A DNA stretch of 63,063 nt, the filler included, from Rhabdomonas costata (Eukaryota): the NCBI GenBank assembly GCA_019059605.1. It is 36 parts of 36 records of this genome, joined end to end, with 100 filler letters (N's around TTAATTAATTAA, not from the genome) between each part and the next. Parts side by side here need not be neighbours in the genome. Positions count along the whole stretch, not along the records: positions 50,897 to 52,547 come from JAHMHO010011227.1; positions 52,648 to 54,301 come from JAHMHO010011228.1; positions 54,402 to 56,053 come from JAHMHO010011229.1; positions 56,154 to 57,805 come from JAHMHO010011230.1; positions 57,906 to 59,556 come from JAHMHO010011231.1; positions 59,657 to 61,309 come from JAHMHO010011232.1; positions 61,410 to 63,063 come from JAHMHO010011233.1; 29 more parts are not named here. The stretch is one strand, 5' to 3'. The notes under the pieces were generated by a model. It was not told the DNA's origin. It saw only the letters and a list, made by a program, of their open reading frames with translations, and did no database searches. Positions 51,960 through 63,063 of the stretch are shown here, piece by piece. How positions within the stretch are numbered: position 1 is the stretch's first letter; every line of letters begins with the position of its first letter. The position numbers and the translations under genes are program-made.

Positions 51960-54433
51960 CTGTGGTGCAAAGAGCAGCAGAAGTCTGGATGAACAACGAG
52001 CAAACATTGCTGCACTCACTACCCTGGAAACAGCCGCAGCATGCAGAGCCGCGAAAAACCTGCAGTCCTGCAGTCGTGCTCTACCAAGCAGGAAAATGTG
52101 GCCTGCCCGACGTCGTATTGGGCGAATCGACGTCATCCAGGGCTGTCGTAAGTACGGGTATTGCCTCAGCAACTTCGATGTCGAGCGGCTCCATCTGTCA
52201 ATTTCTATTAGGCAAATTAGCGATGAGGCACTGCTGCAGCGGGTGGGGGGGCACACCACCTCGGGAGGCGTTTATCGGAACCACCAACGCAGAAATTTCG
52301 TGCAAAGACGGCATCAATGTGTCTGCAGTGACGATATCTTTTTGTTCTGTGTTTGTTTTGCACGTCTATAAGCGAGGTGCCTTTACTCCGTTCACTATTT
52401 GATGATAGCGGTCACAAAAAGACAACGCGAATGGCTATCGTCTTTGAAGAAAGTTAGCGAACGCTATCGCCAGAAGGGGAGGGGGGCGGACCAATATGGG
52501 AATCTAGGAGGCTTTGCACCACCCTACGACCACTACCACCCCAACCCNNNNNNNNNNNNNNNNNNNNNNNNNNNNNNNNNNNNNNNNNNNNTTAATTAAT
52601 TAANNNNNNNNNNNNNNNNNNNNNNNNNNNNNNNNNNNNNNNNNNNNTGTTTTTGTGAAATACTGAGTGCACGTCTAACTTCATAAATCATTTTTTTTTA
52701 CAAAGAGTGAGTGCCTATTGTGACAAAATCCAATGGTGAAAGTATGTTCGGATTACCTACAGCTAAATACTGTCACGTATTAGTGCATAATACGCAGGTA
52801 AAAATAAATGATTTATGAAGTTAGACGTGCACTCAGTATTTCACAAAATCATGGTACAAAAAGCCCATGTGGAGCGGAAGGCATTTAAGGCGAAATAATG
52901 ATACTTCAAGTTTTTGCAGTAACGCCACAAAATCATTATAGCGGACAATAAAATGCATTATGTAATACCTTCTGATAAAACGTGTGAGTACGCGGATGAA
53001 ACATTTGTGCACACTGACAAGTTAGAAGCGCGTGTCGAGGCTTTTATAGTGTAAACTAGATGACGGATAAAGAAACTGTGTACCACCAGTTTCAAGTGTA
53101 TTTTGGAGACCCCACCCTTTTTCGGTGTACTTTACTGACCCAAGGTATCCCGCGCATGGCGATCCGTTTGGAAGTCGTGGATCAGGTGTATTTTGTGGAC
53201 ATGACACAAAGCAACAACAGGCTTCCACAGGAGTCTTTCAAAAGGTCCACAGAAGAACATCACACAAAATACACAAGAAGATCGAGCAGCCGCTAGAAGG
53301 AAGGACGCAGTACGCAAATACCTACAACCTGATGATATTTTTTCTTTCAGGTACAACAGAATACATGATGTTGCATGTTGTTAGATGGCAATGCACGTGG
53401 CCTAATGGACAAGTCAAAAGATCTTGCAGGGTCTTAGAGGACGATGCAAGTGGCCACTGGAACAAGTCAGAAGATTTTGCATGTGGTTAGAGAGCGATGC
53501 ACGCGCGTTTGTGCTAGGGGAGCGGAGCCCAACAACATACCTCTTCATACGTCATACCTTCATACCTTATATTGCTGCCATACAGCACGCTTTGCCCTCT
53601 CTTTACAGGTGGCATCGGAAGCACATTTTTTCTTCGTTTTCCTGCAGGATTAGCTCATTCCTGCACTTCCCATACAACTTCGGCTCTTTCAGTATTCCTA
53701 CTGCTTGCAATTATTGAATTATATCTTCTTTTTCCGTTGATGCAATGTAAACCAGAGAACAGTCTTTAGGGGTCATTTTCTCATTCTTTTTGATCAGAAT
53801 GTGGGGTTCTGGTACACCTTAACTTTCTTCTGACTCGCCACATAAAATCTCACTCGTCTCAAGCAACAAAATGTCAAAGAATGCCTGGGTCAGTAAAATA
53901 CACCAAAAAACGTGGGACACCTAACTTGCCAATGAAGTTTCCTTCCTGGGAAACCTTGGGTCCTTAAAATACACCAAAAACATGGGGGTCCACAAAATAC
54001 ACTTGATACGTTGTGGTCCAATAATTACATTACGCCGAAACTTTACATGCAAATCCGTATAAATGCGTGTTTGCTCAGTATGATGTTGAGTACTTTTGTT
54101 TCGCTGTGATAGGGAATGTAATAAGGCAATAGATGAGAAAGGTCATGGATATATATAATTAGGTGCATCTGAAAAATCATGCGGATGTGAAACGCTTACT
54201 AGCGGTGTGAACTAATAATAATACTAATGACTCGCGATAGTGGCAGATCACTGACCGACTTGGCAAAGAAAAAGATGGAATAAAGAGGAGTAAACCGCAT
54301 GNNNNNNNNNNNNNNNNNNNNNNNNNNNNNNNNNNNNNNNNNNNNTTAATTAATTAANNNNNNNNNNNNNNNNNNNNNNNNNNNNNNNNNNNNNNNNNNN
54401 NAGTAGCCTTTCAAGGGGGCCCGCCCCGGCAAC

Positions 54434-55030
54434 CTCTGGAAAGGCTACTAGAAACCCCTGCGCCCGAGCCACGAGAAGCCAGTTCGTCTCCACAACCGCG
54501 GTGTACATCGCGGTGTGGTGCAGGTCATGGAAGCAGAGCAATAGAGGGGCCGGATCCCGCGGTCCCTTTGGCCTGGTGGCGTTGGACTCCCGAAGGTCCT
54601 CCGGGATGAACACCAGCACAGGCCGGGACTCAAACTCCGCCCCGACGTGGCCACCTCGCCTGCGGTGAGGTATGTTGAGGGTGATCAAGGAGGCGCTCAA
54701 GTTCCGCCGGGCTTGCAGAGCCTCGTTGGCGGAGCCAAACGGGTGGGTTCCTTTCCCCACAGTCAGCCGGTAGAGCTGCCCACCCCACTCCGAGGGCAGG
54801 AAGGGGAGGTTGTCGGTGGCTAGCAGGTAAATCACCAAGGTGTAGGCCCCAAACATGGCCCACGTCTTTCGGGAGACTCGAATTCGGTGAGCACCGCGGC
54901 TGCTGGTGTTGCCGGACATCTCCAGGTAGGCGGAGCGGGCTTCAGTCTCGAAGGTGGCCGGAGACTGAGGTGCTCGGGAGGAGGTTTCGGTGAGAGGAGA
55001 GCGGCGGTAGGGCGGGCAGCGGTTCATCAT
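54434..55030 (-). CDS. Type II membrane-anchored alpha/beta-hydrolase, LpqC / PHB-depolymerase-like, first exon
   Basis: One transmembrane segment (TWAMFGAYTLVIYLLA) then RPVLVFIP..PAPLLLCFHD..ETNWLLVARAQGFLVAFPE, matching the R-x-Y-x-x-Y-V-P..PLVVxLHG..W..LAD..GFIVVYP pattern. Confidence 0.75.
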
Positions 55031-56584
55031 TGGGTACAGAATTGCTTGCAATAATATAACCCTGGGGCGAATCTGTGACTTGCAACAACTCAACTTAGTG
55101 TCATTGCAAAAAATTCACCAGGTGCCAAAAACTGAAAAGCTGCGCACAGGAAAATAGCGTATATCATGCCAGAATCCTCTCACCTACGCAACATAAAAAT
55201 TTTGCCCTAAATCTTTTCAGCCGGTCAAGGTACTCTATCCAGGAAGAAAAGCATTTCCAAACCTTTTGATAATTCTCGAAGCTTTTCGGTGGTCAGCTTC
55301 GTCTGGACGAATAAACAATACACACCAAGATCTTTGTTCAGTGTGAGAAGGCGCACATCTTCGATCTTAACCTCAAAGAACATACCTCATGCCTGAAGTG
55401 CATATCTATTGCTGTGCTTGTACGTGAGCTCCAGCCGATGGAAACATTGTTTAAAGAATAACTACCACAACACCGCGCATTTCCATTCAAACTCAGCAGG
55501 ACACAAAAGTCATCTGTGTTCGAACCATATGAAGAGTATTCAAATCAAAAAACTGACGAGGCAATGAGCGGTTCAGCCAATCAGCACCGGGAAAGCCTCC
55601 CCAGGAATCGCACCACCTGATCCACTGTCAAGTGACTGACGCCAATGCGCCCCAGCTGCAGTTCAGAATCCTGCAACCAAAACGAACGCCTTGCGAATAA
55701 ACATCTCCACTCATACGCATGAAACGATACGTTACAGTACACACAAACTCAGAACAGTCACACACAGTAAAAATAACTCCCTATGTGACACAGGCGAACC
55801 AAGCAACGGGTCACCTTTTGCCATTTGACTGCAACTACCTCCTCCCCAACTCCAAGGTAAAAGTGATGACAGTAGAAGGTCAAAACAGCTTAATAAACAA
55901 AACCAACCGATATGCAATGCATATTTTTCACAAATCGTTTTCATAACTCGCTACGAAAAAAGGTCTTCTTTCGCTGTCGCAGGAGAAGGTGCTTCTCAAA
56001 GAGTGGCCTGCTGCAAAAAGTAAACAACAAAGGAAAGAGCCGCACACCACACCNNNNNNNNNNNNNNNNNNNNNNNNNNNNNNNNNNNNNNNNNNNNTTA
56101 ATTAATTAANNNNNNNNNNNNNNNNNNNNNNNNNNNNNNNNNNNNNNNNNNNNCCCCCCCCCCCCCATATCGAGTCATTTGAAGGGTGTTTGGATTTTTT
56201 TATAGCAAAGTGTAAGTTTTCCACTGGCAACCACGACTCCCCTCCCAACTTCCCTTGGGCCTCGAGATGCAACACAGTGGGGTTGGTGATCGTTATCATA
56301 TGTCCCGAACAAGCCGACTTTGCGCACCTGGGGGCGAAGAAAACTTCGGCACTGATCGTCCGCGATGTGTTTCAGATGAATCCCTCAAAACTTTGAATAT
56401 CGGTTTGGTTTTTCTGACACACCTCTACCTCCCTCCTCCCTCCCTGCCTTCCGCACACTTTGTTTTGGCTTGTGTAGCACTTGCCCTTGTCATTGCTCGC
56501 CGGCTGCAACTTCGAACTTCCAGCTCATTGCATACTCCACATGCTCCTTGTTGACCTAACACCCTGCCCCACAAAACTCCTAAG

Positions 56585-56869
56585 GACCGCTTTGGGCGGC
56601 CCACTGTGAGGTTTGTGGCGGAGGAGCAGGTCACCCCGGGACCGGGCCAGTACGACAATGCTGCCCCCCCACGGAAAATGCTCATCTCCAGCTCCTGGGC
56701 TCTGTCCGGGGTGAGCCGCCTCGACTCGGCCGGGGGGGCGGTGGCGCCCACAATGGCCGACGCCTCCCCTCCCAGCAGCAAGGTAAAGCCTCCTGGACCT
56801 GCGTTCTACTCCCCCGAGGTTACCTCGAAGCGCTCTTACCACATGAACCTGAAGAAGGTCTGGCTATGA
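56585..56869 (+). CDS. SHIPPO/ODF3-like PGP-repeat flagellar protein, last exon
   Basis: DRFG..TPGPGQYD..PPGPAFYSP..SYHMNLKKVWL*. Confidence 0.8.
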   Translation, partial: DRFGRPTVRFVAEEQVTPGPGQYDNAAPPRKMLISSSWALSGVSRLDSAGGAVAPTMADASPPSSKVKPPGPAFYSPEVTSKRSYHMNLKKVWL

Positions 56870-58390
56870 GGTCCCAGGGGAACGGGGGAAGGTGTGCCTA
56901 ACCCAATCCACCACTTCTCATGTAGTTCGATGTTTTAATAGGTTTTTTGTGCCCGCGCGTTTCCGCCCTCTCTCCGTATCCTTTTTGTTCGTCTTCCGAT
57001 GACATTTTTTGTTTGGAGCGGGACCCAACCTGTCATCTAGTTGGCACTATTGTGTGACCCGTATCTCTTGTGTAACTGTGTCGCGCAACTCTTGCGCCCG
57101 ACGTTGTCTTTGTGTAATGGAGCTGGCAGTGCTTTTTTTAGTTGCTGTAGCCACCCTTTACAAGGGGCGTGCGCGGTGGGCGTGTCTTTCGGGATTGAAG
57201 CAAATATTTTTGCGCTTTTTTGTAGGTGCGATGAGCCCTGCCGAGAATGCCCTGCCTGGACTTCGGCTTACTTTCTCGCCCAGTCACATCAGTTGTTGGA
57301 AATGTTGTAAATATGTGCACACTGCGTGTCCCTTGTATACATGTGTGTCGATTGAATATGCACTGTGGTGCAAAAGCATGAGGTTTCCTTTATGGGGAGG
57401 TTGACGTGCTTTCTGAATAAGCTCAGTTTTCGTCTCACCTGATGGTTTTCATGCCATCGATGCGCCGCGAGGTGGGGTATACACAGCTGCCTTTTTGACA
57501 GCTCCCTTTTTCGGCAGCGCAATTCGGCGAAAACTACGGTGTGGCCCTTGTGTGGTATATTGCAGCGACTGGATTGCATCACTCTTAGGCTGCTCTCCCA
57601 GCAGGGCCACTGTTTTTGCCTGTTTGATCTTGGTTTCCCCTTTGTGTAGATGTGTGGCCGCTTTCTCCTGTGCGGCTTACAGTCCTCTGTTTTCCGGGTC
57701 TGCTGAGGGACATGAGCATTGTTTTTCCAAGCCTTGTGCTCGCTGTGCGGTTTCCCCAGCTGAGTGCTGACTACCAACAGGATGCCCCCCCCACCACCCA
57801 CACACNNNNNNNNNNNNNNNNNNNNNNNNNNNNNNNNNNNNNNNNNNNNTTAATTAATTAANNNNNNNNNNNNNNNNNNNNNNNNNNNNNNNNNNNNNNN
57901 NNNNNGGTTTTGTGGTGTATTAGCCGTGAGATAAGTATTGCGCTTTTCCCCACGATTCTCCTAATCCTTGGGCGTTTTGCGTGGATTTTAGTTCACAGTG
58001 TCCTTCCTCATCCGTGGGCACGTCGACCACTCCTCTATTCATCATTCATATTCATAAATTTCTGCCAACGTATTGCCCGCAACTCGTGAAGTGTCGATCC
58101 TTACTGTCAGGGCTACCGTTTTAATAGGATTACTATGCTACTGCTGCTGCTATAGTCGGATGTGTGTTCCCCTGGGATAGGGACCTTTAGCCACTCTGGA
58201 TCATGGCGTTGGGATCAGGGATTCAGGATACGTGTTTTCAAAGAACTGGCAAGATTGCGTGTGAAATCTGCAAAAAAAAAATACAATTAGAGTTTTTGAA
58301 AAATCTAATAGAGAAAGAAATTGTGGTGTGCACCTTTTTCGCGGCGTTCAGAGTTCTGGAAATAATTGTCATGTTCTCTGGTGTGCGCAG

Positions 58391-59334
58391 GGGTTGCCGC
58401 GAAGAACATCTCCAAGATCAGCATCGCCGTTGACGAATTCGCGGAGTTCCGTAAGCTCTATCACCGCCACCCCATCATCTGGATCACTCAGAGCGCAGGT
58501 CACCCCCACTGCGACAAGTTTGCCCCGCGGCCCCTGGACAGTTCCCCTGGGGTGATGGAGGACTACGTCCGCAACAACACGATGTACGGGTGGGACCGCC
58601 TGATCGCCCTTCGGGACTTCGTCCTAAAGGACCACGTATGCCTTCCACAGCATCAGTGAAGCAGCCTCCGTGTCCCTGGCACTGGTGGGATGGGTTATGA
58701 TCTGTGTGAAGCGCCTGGGAGTTGTCGGTGCTACGGCCTGGCATGGGTTTCACTTGTATCTTTGACTGCTGCAATTCCCCCGAAGATTGGTAAGGGTTCA
58801 TAAGCCGGTTGCAGAGCTAGATAGGCCCTCAGCGATGAGATAAAGAACTGTGAATTCGTACAACGGGGTGCAGTTAAGTTGCTGGTCAGCCAGCGCATTA
58901 GCTTCCAGCTGAGGCCAACCGAGCGCCAGGATTGTGCTAATAGGTTTTGTAAAATTTTGGAATTAACGGGGAGACGTGGTTTCCAGGGAGATATTGATGT
59001 CGTCTATGGATGCGTCCAGTTCACCTCGACGAACGTTGCATCGTTGGGCGCCCATCATGACTCTGACGACCCCGGGCGGGCTTCACCAATCTCCTTCTAT
59101 GTGTGATCTACCTCGGAACCTTTGAAATTTGAATTTATTCGGCTCTAGGTGAACTGGGCAGCCCACCACATCTTGGTGGATCAGTTTCCGCTGCTGCTTC
59201 TGCGCCCCGACATGCACGTCATGAGCCGTGGCTACCGCCACAAGGACATCATGGACTGCCTGCACTTCTGCGTGTCCCCGAGCCCCCTCGACGTCACGGC
59301 GGAGCTGCTCCTGAACGCCCTACGTTTTGTGTAG
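58391..59334 (+). CDS. PC-esterase / TBL-like (GDS-DxxH) O-acyltransferase, last two exons
   Basis: Exons 58391-58635 and 59149-59334 give WITQSAGHPHC..LVDQFPLLLLRPDMH..DCLHFCVSPSPLDVTAELLLNAL*, compared with the TBL pattern RxDxH..DCxHWCLPG. Confidence 0.85.
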
Positions 59335-59848
59335 GACTCCTCCTCCTCTCGTCCCTCTCGTCGTCGGAAAAAACCGACGGGTGAGGGGCAGTCAATGGGA
59401 AGAAGCAGGCAGCGAAGGGAGGCCTGCACCCAGCGCGCTCGTCGTTGTTTTCAGCGCGGCAGAGGCGGTTGGGAGGCGATCCTACCACAAATTCTCCTCG
59501 TGAGCACGTGGGTATACTAATTTGGCGCTCGTATACGACATGCACCCCACCCACCCNNNNNNNNNNNNNNNNNNNNNNNNNNNNNNNNNNNNNNNNNNNN
59601 TTAATTAATTAANNNNNNNNNNNNNNNNNNNNNNNNNNNNNNNNNNNNNNNNNNNNAACTGCCCAGCCAGCGGACACTTGCGTGTCTCTTGAAAGCAGTC
59701 CACCTGTGGGAACACACACAATTGCAGAGTTGTGTTGTCACTGCAAAGTGTGCCGCAAGGGAGCAAATATTCAAGACCACAAAGGAGACGTGCTCATCCT
59801 AATCCTGACCTCTCCGAACATACAAAGGCACCCACCAAAGCTGCACAC

Positions 59849-60529
59849 CTCAGTAATGGCGTGGGGGCCGAAGTATACAGACCGATCAATGTGCAGCCGT
59901 ACCACAAGCGGGATTTTCAGGTCGACTCCCCAGGCGTCGGCCACCAAGGGCTCCAGTAGCTCTGACAGCCGCAGGGAGATGTCCACCTGTGAGGGGGAAT
60001 CATGGGCAATATTAGAGGTGGCGATTTAGCCCTGGGATGGAGTGATGCGCAAAAGGAGGCAGACGACGGCGGTTTGCTTTGTATGGCATGGGTTTCGCTT
60101 TCACGCGTGTATTTGGGAAAACAACGAAAGGTGGGATACCTGGCTAACGCCAATCGACCTACGCTGCTCCTCGGACACGGCGCCCCGCGACCGCGAGCCA
60201 AGGTAGGCTTGCAGCAGTTCAATGTCGTCGTCCTGAGACACCAAAGCAGAGCCCAGAGCCCAAGTGGCGAGGAAAATCGTATTACTCCAAAGGGGGAGAC
60301 GCTGACACTGCTGTACGTTCTCGGCCTTTGCGGATTATCCTAAATTTCATCATTGGGCTTTGACGGACGGGTGGAAGAGCCTTTCAGCACGCACACATTC
60401 ATGAAAGATGGCGCATACGCACACGTGTACAGACGCGCACCAGCGGGCTAGGAGAAGGAGGCTCGGAAGTAGGCTCGGGAGCATCAGAAAAGTTATCGTC
60501 GTCTTGCTCTTTCTGCAACGCTGCAGATG
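59849..60529 (-). CDS. PARP6/PARP8-like mono-ADP-ribosyltransferase, N-terminal fragment
   Basis: Exons 60529-60441, 60232-60140 and 59986-59849 give PLDDDIELLQAYLG..AVS..SIGVSQVDISLRLSELLEPLVADAWGVDLKIPLVVRLHIDRSVY, resembling the PARP8 segment DIDLHI..FLDEEIAVAW..EPIIVRLH..QYL. Confidence 0.65.
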
Positions 60530-61717
60530 CTATAGTACACAGGAGGGATTGGAGATGGTACCAGCAGCCCAGCAAACCCAAGCCTAGCAAGACGCCTCCA
60601 CTGCGTGTTCCCAACGTTCACCACGCCCATACTCACGCCTTGGTACCTTTCACGTGTAAAAATTATGCCCGAACCTCATCAAATAATTGCAACCGACAAC
60701 CGACAGTGCACTCTAAACGACCGTTGTGTTACGGTTTCCTTCGCTACCATTACATCCTTTTTCATTTGCATTTTCGGACTTCAAAGCTGAAAAAGGAGTG
60801 GTGAAAAGACTGGTTTTCACCTGGTCGTGTTTTGCATCTCTCTCGCTCTTTTTTTTCCCGCATCTTCATCTACCTCTAACTTCTAAGATGACTCGCGCGC
60901 GCTGCGTTTGGTGCTGATCACGGTGATAACGAAAATCAATTAAAAGTGTTTTTTCTGTCCATGACCATATCACGCTGTTATATCGAATAAAGACTTCATG
61001 CCGCTTGACCACCCAAAGTATCCCGATCCTATTTTCGAAAAACCACTCACAGGTACCTTGCTTCTTCTCATGTAAGCGTTCACACCCCAGACACGATGAC
61101 GTAAGGCTCAAGGGTTAGGGAGCCTGTACACACTGCTGCGAAGTTTTGCCTGTCCTCTCTGCCATGTTGAACGGCCTTCTGCCCTTGATTCAACTGCCGG
61201 TGACAAGAATTCAAAGCAACAGTGATCGAATGGGGACGTTAAACGTAAAGCCCCCCCCTCCCAACACCGTCCAGCTGGTGCCCTCGGAAGGAGTGCTGTA
61301 CACCAACCCNNNNNNNNNNNNNNNNNNNNNNNNNNNNNNNNNNNNNNNNNNNNTTAATTAATTAANNNNNNNNNNNNNNNNNNNNNNNNNNNNNNNNNNN
61401 NNNNNNNNNTGATGTTGACATTAGAGTCAGCAAAACAGCGAAGATTTTTGTGCCATTTTGGAGGTTGGTGTGTTGGGGATGGGGGATGGATGCCAGGTGC
61501 ATTTTCGGTTCAGTTGTTGAGGCCCTGCACCTTGCACTATGTCAGATTGCCAGGAGTGCGCACACACACACACACACACACACACCCGCGTAGTGTGCTT
61601 CCTCATGCCTTGTGCCAACAGTTCCTCCTCCGCATCTTACCTTCTCTTTTCACTGCTCTACTTAGTGTCGATCACACTAATAGTGATTGTAGTCCGTGTC
61701 TCTGCATTTTCGCATAG

Positions 61718-62424
61718 GTCCTGCGTTGCCGGCTGCGAATGCTCTGTCAAGACGGCCCCCCTGCGGACCCCGCCGAAGGGGGTGCCCTGCAGAGGCTGCG
61801 GCAGGAACGCGACGACGCCGTCAGGCAGCTCGCCGAACTCTCGGATGACTACAACGTGGTTGTGGTGGCAGAGCGGGTGGCCCGCCAGAAAGTCCTGGAG
61901 GCCCGAGAGGCCGCCGTGGAGATTGCCAAGCACGGGCCCCCGGGCCGACGCTCTGCAATTCCCTTGGTTTGAGTTGTGCCTGTGTTTTTTATCCGATGAC
62001 TTCGTAGTTTTTGATACTGTAAATTGACTGCCATGTGAACAAACGATCACATCACCCAACAGATGATAACGGTATGCGCGAAAAAATGCTTTTTTACCTG
62101 AACAACGGCTTGGAGTGTGTAACAATTGCTATTGAGGAAGGGGGAAACTATAAGAACGGTTTGCAGGGGCTATGTGCATTCCTCCGAGATTGCCGTGGCA
62201 TTGATGATGTGCAGCACTCCGCTCTTGAGGGCATGCATGTGTGTGAATTTGAATCTTGGCCTATGGGTATTTTACCAGGACTCAAACTAGACCTTTCTTC
62301 TGTGCTGAGTACTGTCTGTGATGTGTCGCAATGTTGGTTGCAGAAAACCATGGGCGGGCTGAATACCCGGCTGCTGGAGTTGGCCGGCGTTCAGCCCGCC
62401 GCGATTGCCGAGCTTGACGAGCAG
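61718..62424 (+). CDS. Coiled-coil hypothetical protein, 2 exons
   Basis: Exon starting at 61718 (LQRLRQERDDAVRQLAEL..) and exon 62344-62424; the first donor position is uncertain. Confidence 0.5.
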
Positions 62425-62935
62425 GTTTGGTGCATTTGCTGCTTGTGCCTGCGGCTGTGAAGCCGCGATTCGATTTCAGACATAAGCACATCGGGCAGTG
62501 TTTGGTTCAAACGTCAAAGAAATGCTGCGGTGTCCGCGTGGTTGTCAACTTTTGATGCACGTGACAAAACTCAAAAAGAAAAGGATCCTAAAGGCAAATC
62601 TGCACCTTTGTGCCCTCTCCCCTCGTGGGTCAATGTTGGACAAAAACTGCGCACATCTAGACCTATCTCAACGTCGACGGGTACAGGGACGATTTTGAAG
62701 GCGCACATACTATTTAATGCAGCTTTGCCTCCTTTATGGTCGTTTCAGGGCAAATTCGACTTTTGTTTTGGATCCTCCTGGAGACTTCACAAGCGAGCAA
62801 GGAAAGATCATGGTGCAAGTAAGAATTTCGGGAGGGGGCTGTGCCTACGGAGCAAAAAGAGCCCTCGGGCACGGAGTGCCAGAAAGTTTCGGAATTTTTT
62901 CCTTTTTCTATGAAGTGATCCTTTGTTGAATTGAA

Positions 62936-63058
62936 TTTTGTCACACGCTCTATCTCTATGTTGTATGCGATCTCACTATTTTCTTCAGCTGCCATATCCT
63001 CGCAGCTGAAGAAAATAGTGAGATCGCATACAACATAGAGATAGAGCGTGTGACAAAA
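62936..63058. repeat. 57-bp perfect terminal inverted repeat (fold-back)
   Basis: 62936-62992 is the reverse complement of 63002-63058, with a 9-nt loop. Confidence 0.97.
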
Positions 63059-63063
63059 CACAA

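Noticed and set aside
1658..61409. Regularly spaced TTAATTAATTAA repeats resembling an array
   Set aside because: They are embedded in N-runs and are an artificial six-frame stop linker. No cross-contig synteny or operon inference is valid.

Overview
This is not one locus. It is a concatenation of 36 unrelated contigs of about 1.65 kb, joined by 35 artificial spacers (N-run + TTAATTAATTAA + N-run), so gene neighbourhood across spacers means nothing. The DNA comes from an intron-rich, flagellated eukaryote: short GC-rich exons, GT-AG introns plus at least one clear GC-AG intron, (TG)n microsatellites, and CFAP57-like and SHIPPO-repeat axonemal genes. A euglenid or other euglenozoan is my inference, not demonstrated. 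Splicing exons by eye recovers fragments of UBC12, ETF-QO (ETFDH), an LKB1/STK11-like kinase, a MAP2K, PP2C, an ABCC transporter, a SatP/GPR1-family acetate transporter, CFAP57, two tandem phospholipase B-like genes, a PstS-like phosphate-binding protein, a TBL/PC-esterase, a PARP6/8-like protein, an LpqC/PHB-depolymerase-like esterase, LRR and Kelch proteins, and an ankyrin protein resembling Skd3/CLPB. Decayed Ty3/gypsy pieces and a shared LTR family are also present. Five contig ends carry perfect fold-back inverted repeats, most likely library artefacts. I found no tRNA, rRNA, CRISPR array or convincing new multi-gene system. All product calls rest on motif recognition from memory, not database searches.
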